Origin: an uncultured Synergistaceae bacterium | GTDB taxonomy: Bacteria; Synergistota; Synergistia; Synergistales; 79-D21 | Length of the DNA stretch: 64,000 nucleotides | Assembly (NCBI GenBank): GCA_964521575.1 | Contig: CAZFSR010000002.1 | Coordinates: 28,740 to 92,739, forward strand | Reading direction: 5' to 3' | Part shown: positions 45,150 through 54,038 of the stretch, one piece after another | Position numbering within the stretch: position 1 is the stretch's first letter | How the letters are laid out: each line of letters starts with the position of its first letter | Translations under genes and position numbers: made by a program | Notes under the pieces: generated by a model | What the model was told of the DNA's origin: nothing | The model's input: only the letters and a program-made list of their open reading frames with translations | Databases searched by the model: none

Positions 45150-46286
45150 TCAAGCGGCGATCGAATTGCCATTCCTCAGCCGGTTTAGAGGACTGTATTT
45201 GTCATGGTCTGCGATTATCGGAGCGCCTTTGTAGTTCGCGTAGCGTTGCGCCATTGCGGGAGTTTTGTGCCCCAGAAAGGCCTGTAGCCGATTCTGGTTA
45301 TACTTCGTGTCCTCGTAATAGGCCATTGCGGCGTAGTGCCTTATCCCGTAAGGCCTTATGCTCTCGGTCATGTCCTTGCAGTAATCGTGAAGCCGTCGGT
45401 ACCAGGTATTGCCCGACATGGGCTTCCCTTTAGCCGTGCAGAAAAGCGGTGCTCCAGGAGGAATTCTCTCTGCTTTCCTCTTGGCAAGCCAGCTCTTCAA
45501 GGTTTTGACCATCTCCCTTGAAAGTGGAAGGGCCCTCGAGCATCGGTTCTTTGTGTCATCGGCGCTTAGGTGGACACAAGGATTTTTCGCCGCAAAATCC
45601 AGGTCCGCTGGCACCACTTTGAGGGCTTCTCCCGGCCTGATGCCCGTGTCGATTTGGAACTGGAGAAGAACGAGATCTCGAAAGCCTTCGAAAGCGTCCC
45701 TATTCTTTTCCTTTTGCATTCTTTCAAGGAGTTTGTCGATCTGTTCATCCTTGATGTTGACGATTCGACCCTCATCGTACCTCTTGGATCTTCCAGCAAT
45801 CGGGTTTCGCTTCAAGACTGCCAGATGATCCTTATATTTTTCCTCTTGCTCCGCCCCCTCCGGCACGGTAAGAAAATTAAAAAAAGCCCGCAGGTAAACG
45901 AGTCTAAGGTTGAACGTAGCCGGAGCGATATTCTGACTGAAGTGCGCATCGAGACATTCCTTGAGGCATTTTGGGTTTACTGCCTGAGGGTAGCGCCGAA
46001 AAAAAAGTTCCACGGTTTTCTCATAGTCGGACTGGGTCCTTGACGAAATGGGCTTATTCCAGGGAACACTCGTCTTCCACTGGATGAACGCGCTGAGCCA
46101 TATCCGCCAGACTTGAGTCTGTCCGTTTCCCGCGTTCGCTATGAGATTCGGTGTTGCACTGGACAGCCTCTTAGCTCTTATCGAGCTAACGTTAGTCGGT
46201 GCCTTCCTCTTTGCCCTGAGAAGAGAATTGGCTTTCCCAGTTGAGGTCTTCAGTTGCCCGCCAACTGCCGACGACGCCTTCTTCAT
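45150..46286 (-). CDS. tyrosine-type site-specific integrase
   Basis: It has GIRPGEALKV, IRPYGIRHYAAMAYY and LGHKTPAMAQRYANY. The start is ATG 46286, 9 nt after GGAGGG. Confidence 0.85.
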   Translation of the reverse strand: MKKASSAVGGQLKTSTGKANSLLRAKRKAPTNVSSIRAKRLSSATPNLIANAGNGQTQVWRIWLSAFIQWKTSVPWNKPISSRTQSDYEKTVELFFRRYPQAVNPKCLKECLDAHFSQNIAPATFNLRLVYLRAFFNFLTVPEGAEQEEKYKDHLAVLKRNPIAGRSKRYDEGRIVNIKDEQIDKLLERMQKEKNRDAFEGFRDLVLLQFQIDTGIRPGEALKVVPADLDFAAKNPCVHLSADDTKNRCSRALPLSREMVKTLKSWLAKRKAERIPPGAPLFCTAKGKPMSGNTWYRRLHDYCKDMTESIRPYGIRHYAAMAYYEDTKYNQNRLQAFLGHKTPAMAQRYANYKGAPIIADHDKYSPLNRLRNGNSIAA

Positions 46287-46428
46287 GCGGAACATCCCTC
46301 CAAAAATTTTCCCGCACAGTTACTCTCGTCCGGGGGAGAAGCACTGTCCATTGCTCCTCTTTTTTTCCATGAATGTCCCTCCCTTCCAAAATAGGATTTA
46401 CTTCCGAATACAAAGAACCCCGTAAGGC

Positions 46429-46923
46429 TTAAAGGCCATTCACCGAAAACGGTTTCGCTTCACTTTCGAAATCATCGACCCGAAGACCCTTTTTTTCGAG
46501 ATAGCAGTCAAAAAGCAGGGCCGCCATCACCCCGGTCAGCATCCCCATGTTGATCAACGAATAAAAACTGACCGTCATTTCTTTTGAAAATTGTTTATAC
46601 CGGGTAATAAGCTCGTAGTTCGTTCCCCGCCTCAGGAGGTCTTTCAGCCGATCCGGAGAGATGAAATCGGGGTTCGCCTGAGCCTGCGTCAGAAGCGCAA
46701 TCACCGTCTGGAGCAGGTAAAAGCTCCCTCCGCGCAGCGAAATCACCCCCTCTTTCTCCCATGAGTTGATCGTCAGGGCCGTCACCCCGAGGAGGATGGC
46801 GAACTCCTGCTGCGTCATCTCGAGGATCCCACGGACTTTTCGCACATCCTCGGCGCTCATAAGGGCGTCCTGGCTCACATCGCAATGGATTGATTCTTCT
46901 GCCTCTTTTTTCCTCTTGACCAT
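46429..46923 (-). CDS. XRE-family HTH protein with a hydrophobic C-terminal segment
   Basis: It has the HTH LEMTQQEFAILLGVTALTINSWEKEG and a C-terminal hydrophobic stretch LINMGMLTGVMAALLF. Confidence 0.65.
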   Translation of the reverse strand: MVKRKKEAEESIHCDVSQDALMSAEDVRKVRGILEMTQQEFAILLGVTALTINSWEKEGVISLRGGSFYLLQTVIALLTQAQANPDFISPDRLKDLLRRGTNYELITRYKQFSKEMTVSFYSLINMGMLTGVMAALLFDCYLEKKGLRVDDFESEAKPFSVNGL

Positions 46924-46984
46924 TTAAACCCACCCCTTATCATGTATCGTTAGAACGTATGTTACTATATGTCTTATTATATTG

Positions 46985-47884
46985 TCAAGTATGTTTTATA
47001 TTTGCCTTTCCCGCCTTCCTGACCCTGTGCCGCTCCGGAACCAGGGCCTGCACGGGGGAAGCCGTGCTGTGGACCTTTCGCAGGTCCTGGTCCGTCAGCG
47101 CCACATACCGTCTCGTCATCGCCATGTCCTCGTGCCCCAGGGTCCGCTGCAGGGCGAATGCGTTCCCCCCGTGCCGGAGGTAGTGCAACGCGAACGAATG
47201 CCTGAGGTCGTAGGGTCTAATTTTCATCCCCAGCCGCTGGCCGTACCCGGCCAGCCTTCGGGACCATTCGTCCTTGAGGGGCAGCCCTGAGGCTGAACAG
47301 AAAAGGGGAACCGATTCGCCCCATTGCGGGTGCCGAACGCGTATTGTCTCAGCGATAGCCTGAACGGTGACGTTGGAAAGCGGAAGCGTCCTGGAGACGC
47401 GCGTCTTGGCGCTTTCGGCCGGGATGGTGACCTGGCAGTATTTCAGGTCGACCTGGCGGGTTTGGAGTGAAAGCGCCTCCCCAGGGCGAATCCCCGTATC
47501 GAGGATCAGCAGGATCAGGGCGTAGTCCCGCAGCCCCGCAAATGTGGTCCGGTCCGGGAGGGAAAGGAGCTTCGTCAGGCTGTCGGCAGGGACGTTGACG
47601 ATCCTGGGCGGGGTTTTCCGCCGGTGCAGGCGGCCCGTGGGATCCGCTCCCAGGTATCCCTCGTCGACGCACCAACGGAAAAAGCATCGGAGATAAACCA
47701 GCCTCAGGTTGTAGGTATAGGGCGAAACCTTTTCCGAAAGGTATTCCAGGACGCACGATCGGAGAGCGGGGTTGGCAAGTCCGGAGGGATACTGGTGAAA
47801 GAATTTACTAATGTGTTTTTGGTAATCTACCAGCGTTCGGGAACTCAGCCCCTCCCCCTTTTTGTAGAGGAGGAAGTGTTCCAT
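46985..47884 (-). CDS. tyrosine-type site-specific integrase (tRNA-adjacent)
   Basis: The N-terminal SAM-like domain (LSSRTLVDYQKHISKFF) is followed by GIRPGEALSL, IRPYDLRHSFALHYL and LGHEDMAMTRRYV. It is a paralog of the pseudogene at 1-831. Confidence 0.85.
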   Translation of the reverse strand: MEHFLLYKKGEGLSSRTLVDYQKHISKFFHQYPSGLANPALRSCVLEYLSEKVSPYTYNLRLVYLRCFFRWCVDEGYLGADPTGRLHRRKTPPRIVNVPADSLTKLLSLPDRTTFAGLRDYALILLILDTGIRPGEALSLQTRQVDLKYCQVTIPAESAKTRVSRTLPLSNVTVQAIAETIRVRHPQWGESVPLFCSASGLPLKDEWSRRLAGYGQRLGMKIRPYDLRHSFALHYLRHGGNAFALQRTLGHEDMAMTRRYVALTDQDLRKVHSTASPVQALVPERHRVRKAGKANIKHT

Positions 47885-48053
47885 GGCGACAGTCCAGCTG
47901 ACCGAAAAACCTGATGGCTGCGGGAACGGGAGGACGGACAAGCGAAAAACCCCCTTACATTTCCGCAAAGGGGTTTTTGAGGGGTTTTTCCAGTCCGCTG
48001 GGGAGGGCCAATTTCAACCCCAGCGGATTCGCCTTCGAAAACGGGTTAATAAA

Positions 48054-48076
48054 TAGGGGATTCCCTGATAGACAAA
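48054..48076 (+). repeat. island-boundary motif copy 3: TAGGGGATTCCCTGATAGACAAA
   Basis: It is a perfect match to 24466-24488 and lies 30 bp beyond the 3' end of tRNA-Leu. Confidence 0.9.
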
Positions 48077-48105
48077 AGGGCGCAAACCCTTGAAAATATT
48101 AAAGG

Positions 48106-48192
48106 TGGTGCCGGAGGGGGGACTCGAACCCCCACAGACCCGAGGCCCGGCGGATTTTGAGTCCGCTGCGTCTACCATTCCGCCACTCCGGC
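48106..48192 (-). tRNA. tRNA-Leu (anticodon CAA), CCA encoded
   Basis: The reverse complement reads GCCGGAGTGGCGGAATGGTAGACGCAGCGGACTCAAAATCCGCCGGGCCTCGGGTCTGTGGGGGTTCGAGTCCCCCCCTCCGGCACCA. It has a 7-bp acceptor stem, anticodon loop CTCAAAA, a long variable arm and a GGTTCGAGTCC T-loop. Confidence 0.95.
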
Positions 48193-48315
48193 AGCGGCAT
48201 TTGTATAGCATACCACGGGCCGGTTGTCCAGAAATCGATTCCACGAGCCGTACGAGAGATGGTTTTTCCGGAAAACCGGGATAAGGCGGGGCAAATAGAG
48301 GCAGGTGAGAGTCGG

Positions 48316-48753
48316 ATGGAGGAGTTGCAGGGGTCAAATGGCTGTTTCGTCTGCGACAGGACGGGAGAGAACCCGAGATCTCTGGGGCTGAAGATCTTTT
48401 GGGACGACGGCGAAAGGCGATCGGTGATTCCCTTTGCCCCGGAGGCTTCCTGGTGCGGTTTCGAGGGTTTCGTCCATGGAGGCATCCTGACGGCCATCTG
48501 CGATGATGCTATGGCATGGGCGGCCCGTAAGGAAACCGGGGCCTGGAGCGTCACGGCAAACCTTTCGGTCCGCTTTTTGCGGAGCGTTAAGGCGGGATCC
48601 TCCTACGAGGCTAGGGGGAGCCTGGCGAGGCAGGATGGAAAGAAGTTCCACACCCAGGCCGTGATACACGACAGCGCAGGAAAGCTTTGTGTGGAGGCGA
48701 AGGCGGTTTTCGTCGAGGTCTCGGAAGAGCGGCTTTTCGGGAAAAAAGGGTAA
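48316..48753 (+). CDS. PaaI/hotdog-fold thioesterase family protein
   Basis: It has GFVHGGILTAICDDAMAWA and the beta-sheet tail typical of 4HBT/PaaI thioesterases. Confidence 0.7.
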   Translation: MEELQGSNGCFVCDRTGENPRSLGLKIFWDDGERRSVIPFAPEASWCGFEGFVHGGILTAICDDAMAWAARKETGAWSVTANLSVRFLRSVKAGSSYEARGSLARQDGKKFHTQAVIHDSAGKLCVEAKAVFVEVSEERLFGKKG

Positions 48754-48774
48754 TTATCCGGGGGAGGGTTATTT

Positions 48775-49251
48775 TTGAAAGACATCATTATTCGTCATTA
48801 TCTGTTCGACAACATCCACTGCGAACCAACGCACCAGACCGGGTCGACGTTGCGCAAGCTTTGCGCCCAGATGGCACCGAAACTGGCCAAATTGGACATC
48901 CGTCTTGTCCTCCAGGAAGCTGTTTCGGAGAATCCCGAGCCCGGCAACATTCGGCTGATGAACCGGGTGACCTTCAGCTGTCCGGATGAAGACTTGCCCG
49001 AACGCGACCTGGATGAGATTCTCGGGCTCCAGGTCACCTACGAGCCCTGCCGCACCTGCAGCGACGAAGCCGGGTTCCCGGTTGCCTGCCGGACCGTGAT
49101 GGTGGAGGAACAGGGCTACCAGGCCCTGCCTTCCGGCCTGATCGCCGACGCGATGCTCCGCTTCTCCTTTTCCGTCCTGAGCGGAGGGCAGGAAGCATGC
49201 GATCCCCATGTCTGCGGCGGGCATTGCGAGGGTTGTCACGGAGGCCACTAG
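48775..49251 (+). CDS. Cys-rich hypothetical protein
   Basis: The start is TTG after GGGAGGG. It has the CxxC pair CRTC and a C-terminal CDPHVCGGHCEGCHGGH metal-binding-like tail. Confidence 0.45.
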   Translation: MKDIIIRHYLFDNIHCEPTHQTGSTLRKLCAQMAPKLAKLDIRLVLQEAVSENPEPGNIRLMNRVTFSCPDEDLPERDLDEILGLQVTYEPCRTCSDEAGFPVACRTVMVEEQGYQALPSGLIADAMLRFSFSVLSGGQEACDPHVCGGHCEGCHGGH

Positions 49252-49284
49252 GTCCGGAAGGCGACCTTGAGGGGAGGAATCCCG

Positions 49285-49803
49285 GTGGATGAACCCTGGA
49301 TCACGACAAAAGGCGGCGACAAGGGGACAACAAGCCTGGGCAACAACGAAAGGGTCCCAAAGGACCACCCCCGAGTCGAAACCTACGGGACGCTGGACGA
49401 ATGCCAGGCTCACCTGGGAATGGCGCGGGCGACCTGCTGCGATGACAGGATTCGGAAGGAACTCTTCGATCTTGAGGCCAACCTGGGCGTGGTAATGGGA
49501 TATTTGGCCCTTTTCCCCGGCCTTCCAGAACCCGACCCGTCTTTCCTCGACGCGATCGTTGTGCGGGTACACGAAATCGTGGGAACGACCTTCCGCTTCG
49601 TGCGCCCGGGAGATTCGGTTCCCGGGGCCGCTCTCCACCAGGCCCGGACGGTGGCGAGGCGGGCCGAACGGGTGGCAGTGAAACTCCTGCGGGATGGCGA
49701 ACTGGGGGACAATGCCTATGCTTACATTAACCGCCTTTCGGACGCGATCTACGCGCTCGCTCTCTGGACCGACAAGGTGAACCGGGATTGCGCGAAAGTT
49801 TGA
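49285..49803 (+). CDS. ATP:cob(I)alamin adenosyltransferase, PduO type
   Basis: ITTKGGDKGTTSLGNNERVPKDHPRVETYGTLDECQAHLG matches the PduO-type N-terminal signature (T..GD.G.T.L....R..K...R.E.YG..DE). Confidence 0.8.
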   Translation: MDEPWITTKGGDKGTTSLGNNERVPKDHPRVETYGTLDECQAHLGMARATCCDDRIRKELFDLEANLGVVMGYLALFPGLPEPDPSFLDAIVVRVHEIVGTTFRFVRPGDSVPGAALHQARTVARRAERVAVKLLRDGELGDNAYAYINRLSDAIYALALWTDKVNRDCAKV

Positions 49804-49955
49804 CGGATGGATATTTTCTGAGCCTCCCTCGGGAGGCTTTTTTGTTGTCAGTAACCGGAATATTTCGTGGTTTTTCCTTGACGGAGAATGTATTTTGAGG
49901 ATAGTATACTTACGTACGGGTGGCCTATTCTTCCGTGGGGAGGGGAAAATTCACG

Positions 49956-50639
49956 ATGTTCAACGACCCGCTTTCTCCTGCAAGAAACGTCGATCTCCGC
50001 CAGATCGTCTATGAAAAGATCAAGGAAGCCATCGTCGACGGCATCATCCCCCCGGGGGAACGCCTGTCTGAAGTGGAACTGGCTGACCGGATCGCCGTCT
50101 CCAGGACCCCTGTACGGGAAGCTATACGGCAGCTGGCCCAGACGGGCCTCATCACGCTGGTGCCTCGACGGGGGGCATTCGTCACCCTGCCCACTGCAAA
50201 GGATGCATCCGACCTTTACGATCTTCGCACCGCGCTCGAGGTCATGGCGATCGAGCATGCCTGCAAGAACCCCCCAATTGCCGAGCTGGAGAAATTCCTC
50301 GACAAGTTCAGCCATTTCTCCGACGAAGGAGACTCCAGCCTGTTCCTCGCGGAGGATCGCCGTTTCCATGCCCTCCTGAGAGATTCGACGGGCAACCGGT
50401 TCCTGAACCTGACGCTCGACAACGTGGCGGACCTGATCCACCTTTGCCGTCATTACTCCATCGAGGACATCCGCCTGAGCGCGACATGCCAGGAACACGT
50501 TGAGGTGATCGAGGCGCTTCTGGCCAAGGACTGCCCGCGGGCCATGGCCGCCATGCGGCAGCATCTCGATAATTCCAAGCAGGCGCTGCTGAACTACATC
50601 AGCCGGCACCCAGAGCTTTCAGCCCAGCTCGAGGAATAG
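49956..50639 (+). CDS. GntR-family transcriptional regulator (FCD type)
   Basis: It has LSEVELADRIAVSRTPVREAIRQLAQTGLI plus an FCD-like helical domain. Confidence 0.85.
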   Translation: MFNDPLSPARNVDLRQIVYEKIKEAIVDGIIPPGERLSEVELADRIAVSRTPVREAIRQLAQTGLITLVPRRGAFVTLPTAKDASDLYDLRTALEVMAIEHACKNPPIAELEKFLDKFSHFSDEGDSSLFLAEDRRFHALLRDSTGNRFLNLTLDNVADLIHLCRHYSIEDIRLSATCQEHVEVIEALLAKDCPRAMAAMRQHLDNSKQALLNYISRHPELSAQLEE

Positions 50640-50648
50640 TCCCGGCCC

Positions 50649-51542
50649 TTGTCCTCCGGCACTTTCGCGGGATTTTCTCTCGCACTCCTTTCCGCGGTCG
50701 TTTGGGCCATCGCCCCCGTTCTCTACCGGCGGGGTGTCGACCAGTTCTCCTACACGGCCCTCGGCGCAGCCAGAACGATAGGCTCCATCCTGACGGCTGG
50801 AGCCTATCTTTTTGTGACCATGGGAAAGACCGCCTTTGCGCCGCCGCCGCTTCCCCTCCTGCTCGCGATTTTCGGCGGCAGCGTGGTCTGGCTCGTGGCG
50901 GGAGACCTGCTCTATTTCGTGGCCCTCCGCCATCTGGGAGTCACTCTGGGGGTTCCGGTTTCCTCGGCCTATCCCCTGCTGGCGGTTCCGGCATCCTGGA
51001 TTTTCCTGGGAGAACCGGCATCTCCTGTCGTCTTCGGTGCGGCGGTCCTCATCGTGGCAGGACTGGTGCTTCTTTCCCCTCGCCAGGAAACCGATGCCAG
51101 AACGATCTCACGTAAAGACTTCCGGATCGGACTGGTTTTTGCCCTTTTGTGCATGTCCTGCTGGACTTTCGGCATCATCACGAACAAAATCTTCATGCAG
51201 CACCTTCCCGTCCCGCAGCTGGAGTGGTGGCGTTCCGTTTCGGTTCTCTGCGGTTCCTGGATCCTTTTCTGGATACGCGACCGAAAGGTTTTCCCGCGCG
51301 TCTCCTCCCCTCTTGTCCTCGGCGAGGCCATGCTGGCGGGAGCCCTCGGCCTGACGGTGGGCAACCTGCTTTTCTCCTATAGCCAGAACTTCATCCCGGT
51401 CGACCTGGCCACCTGCGCCGCTTCCGCGCGCCCCTTCTTCTCGGCGGCTTTCGCGACCCTTTTCCTCCGCGAAAAACTGACGCCCCGCCTGGCTTCGGGA
51501 ATCGCCCTGGTGGTGGCGGGCGTCACCGTCATGTCCCTCTAG
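50649..51542 (+). CDS. EamA/DMT-family transporter
   Basis: The protein has about 10 hydrophobic helices in two repeats and is 297 aa. Confidence 0.7.
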   Translation: MSSGTFAGFSLALLSAVVWAIAPVLYRRGVDQFSYTALGAARTIGSILTAGAYLFVTMGKTAFAPPPLPLLLAIFGGSVVWLVAGDLLYFVALRHLGVTLGVPVSSAYPLLAVPASWIFLGEPASPVVFGAAVLIVAGLVLLSPRQETDARTISRKDFRIGLVFALLCMSCWTFGIITNKIFMQHLPVPQLEWWRSVSVLCGSWILFWIRDRKVFPRVSSPLVLGEAMLAGALGLTVGNLLFSYSQNFIPVDLATCAASARPFFSAAFATLFLREKLTPRLASGIALVVAGVTVMSL

Positions 51543-52855
51543 CTTTCATCGATCGAGAAACGCTTCCAGAAACCTTTCAGGCGTTCGGCCAATCCCGCCT
51601 CGAAGCCGATGGACCCGGGGGTATAGAACCGCCTCGGTTCCCTGAGGTATTTTTGCGGAACCCAATGCCTCGGGTCATCGTGGGGATACAGGTATCCCTG
51701 TCCTCGGGGCTTGAGGTTCTCGGGCACTTCCTGCAGGTCGCCCGAGTTCACGGCGTCCATGGCCGCTCCGATCGCGACCGTTGAGCTGTTGCTCTTGGGC
51801 GCGGCGGCCATGTAGAGAACCGCCTCGGAAAGGATCAGCTGGGCCTCCGGGAGGCCGACAAAGTCGGCCGCATAGGCGGCGGAAGCTGCAATTGCCAGGG
51901 CCTGGGGGTCGGCCAGCCCCACGTCCTCTGAGGCAAAGATAAGGATGCGGCGCGCGATGAACCGGACATCCTCACCCCCGGCCAAAAGCCTGGCCAACCA
52001 ATAGACCGCGGCGTCGGGATCGGAACCCCTCATGCTCTTGATGAGGGCCGAGATCACGGTGTAATGGTCATCACCCGCCCGGTCATACCTCTGGAGGGCA
52101 GACCCGAGCGCCCGCTCCACCGCGGCTTCGTCCAGGAGGCTTCCACCCCCTGCGGCAACCGAGGCCGCGACGGTATCGAGGCGGATCAGGGCCTGGCGAA
52201 CGTCTCCGCCGCTTTTCGCGGCGATCATCGCAACTGCCCCGTCCGTGGCCTGCAGACCCAGATTCCCGAGCCCTCTCTCGTTGTCCTCGAGTGCCCGCCT
52301 GACCAGCCTTTCAAGGTCCTCTTTACCAAGAGGCTTCATTTCGTAGACGACCATGCGGGACAGCAGGGTTTTGTTGATCTCGAAAAAAGGATTCTCAGTC
52401 GTGGTTCCGACGAGGATGAGTTCTCCCTTCTCCACGGCAGGCAGGAGGACATTCTGCTGCTGGCGGTTGAAATGGTAGATCTCGTCAATGAACGCGAGGG
52501 CGGTCTTTCCACGATCCCTTGCTTTCGCCTGGCGGGCTTCCACGACAAGGTCCCTTAGCTCGGCCACCTTGGCGGTCACCGCGTTCACCTCCAGCAGCCG
52601 GCGGCCGGTTACCGAGGCCATCAAGCGGACGAGGGTCGTTTTGCCGACGCCGGGGGGGCCGTAAAGAACGCAGCTCGGGACATTCCCTCTTTCGAGGATT
52701 CTCCTCAGTGGAGCGTCGTCGCCCAATAGATGTCCCTGCCCCACGAACTCTTCCAGCGTCCGGGGCCTCATGCGCTCCGGCAGGGGAACCTCCCAAAACT
52801 TTTGGCCGGTCTCTTCGCGGGCGGGCTCTTCGTCCCAGAGAGTCCTCTCTTCCAT
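51539..52855 (-). CDS. rarA: replication-associated recombination protein A (AAA+ ATPase)
   Basis: It has Walker A GPPGVGKTT, Walker B FIDEIHRF-like (FIDEIYHFNRQQQ) and a MgsA C-terminal domain (DHYTVISALIKSMRGSDPDAAVYWLARL). Confidence 0.9.
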   Translation of the reverse strand: MEERTLWDEEPAREETGQKFWEVPLPERMRPRTLEEFVGQGHLLGDDAPLRRILERGNVPSCVLYGPPGVGKTTLVRLMASVTGRRLLEVNAVTAKVAELRDLVVEARQAKARDRGKTALAFIDEIYHFNRQQQNVLLPAVEKGELILVGTTTENPFFEINKTLLSRMVVYEMKPLGKEDLERLVRRALEDNERGLGNLGLQATDGAVAMIAAKSGGDVRQALIRLDTVAASVAAGGGSLLDEAAVERALGSALQRYDRAGDDHYTVISALIKSMRGSDPDAAVYWLARLLAGGEDVRFIARRILIFASEDVGLADPQALAIAASAAYAADFVGLPEAQLILSEAVLYMAAAPKSNSSTVAIGAAMDAVNSGDLQEVPENLKPRGQGYLYPHDDPRHWVPQKYLREPRRFYTPGSIGFEAGLAERLKGFWKRFSIDES

Positions 52856-54003
52856 CAGGCCAGGACCTCCGCCAGGGCGGCCGCTATCCCTTCACCCGGG
52901 AGGAGGAGGCCGCCGATCCCGTCGGAAGCCACCGCCAGGGGAAACCGTGAGGCGAGGAAGGCTTCGACGGATTCCCGCAGGGGCTGCCCGAGCCATTCAC
53001 GTCCCAAGGGCAGAGATTCCCGCCATACTGAAACTGAGAGGTTCAAGGCCGGCTCGACGAGAAAATGTCCCACGCCGAGCGAAGCCGCTTCGTGGACAAA
53101 ACGGGCCGGATCGGGGCAGGCAGACGGAACCTGGACTTCCAGGGACCAGGCCGCCTCGAGCCATTCATGCCCGCGGTCGGCGACCAGGGACCGATACTCC
53201 CAGGGAACCCAGGGACGCGGAGAGACAAGTTCTTCAAGCAGCGACCGGACAGTGGGGCAGGCCTGGTCGATCCATTCCATCCAGGCGGGTTCCTCCCTCT
53301 GCACGAGAAGGGCTCTCATCCCGGCTCTCCGGGCCCCGACAAAATCGTAGATGAAATCACCGACCATGACACAGCGGGAGCTTTCCGCACCGAGCAGCCT
53401 TGCCGCTTTCCAGAGCGCTTCCGGGTGGGGCTTCACCGGCTCCTCGTCCCGGCTCAGGACAACCTTGGGTAGCCGGACCCCGGCCCGCTCTGCCGCCAGT
53501 TCGATGGAATCCCGGCAGTTGCGCGAAACGACGGCCCACGGCGTGCCGCGTTCGTCCAGCCAATCCAGGAGTTCCCTGGCGCCTGGCACAGCCTCGGCCG
53601 CTTCGGCGCCCTGCATCTCGAGGTCGTAGATATCCTTCTCCAGGTCCCTGCGCGTCGTTTCGGGAAGGAAACGCCCGGCTTCCAGGAGAGGCACTCGTTT
53701 TCCTTGGAAATAGCGGTTCCGGATGGAGGAAAAGTCTAGGCGGGTTTCTGCAAGCACCCCGTCCCAATCGAGGATGAACGCATGGGCGAAGGTCGGGTGC
53801 CAGTACGGAGGAAGAACGGGCTTCAAGGGGATCCCTCCCGGCGGTGCAAAAAAGGCCCCGCAGTGTCGTGTTTCGAGAGCCTTGACCCTCTCCTCGAGAG
53901 GGGGGGAACCTGCCGGACCTTTGATTCGATGACACCGGATAGGTGCCTTCTCCTCCGGAACGGACGTGGCTCCCGTTCGCTTTTCTGTTGGCTCAAGACT
54001 CAC
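52855..54003 (-). CDS. HAD-superfamily hydrolase domain protein with N- and C-terminal extensions
   Basis: HAD motif I is ILDWDGVL and motif III/IV is VMVGDFIYDFVGARRAG. The start is uncertain. Confidence 0.55.
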   Translation of the reverse strand: MSLEPTEKRTGATSVPEEKAPIRCHRIKGPAGSPPLEERVKALETRHCGAFFAPPGGIPLKPVLPPYWHPTFAHAFILDWDGVLAETRLDFSSIRNRYFQGKRVPLLEAGRFLPETTRRDLEKDIYDLEMQGAEAAEAVPGARELLDWLDERGTPWAVVSRNCRDSIELAAERAGVRLPKVVLSRDEEPVKPHPEALWKAARLLGAESSRCVMVGDFIYDFVGARRAGMRALLVQREEPAWMEWIDQACPTVRSLLEELVSPRPWVPWEYRSLVADRGHEWLEAAWSLEVQVPSACPDPARFVHEAASLGVGHFLVEPALNLSVSVWRESLPLGREWLGQPLRESVEAFLASRFPLAVASDGIGGLLLPGEGIAAALAEVLA

Positions 54004-54038
54004 CCAACAAACACGGGCACCGCAGGGAACTTTTCGAT

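Noticed and set aside
48769-49638. 289-aa minus-strand ORF covering the Cys-rich protein and PduO genes
   Set aside because: It is antisense to two plus-strand genes with good RBSs and, for PduO, a clear family signature.
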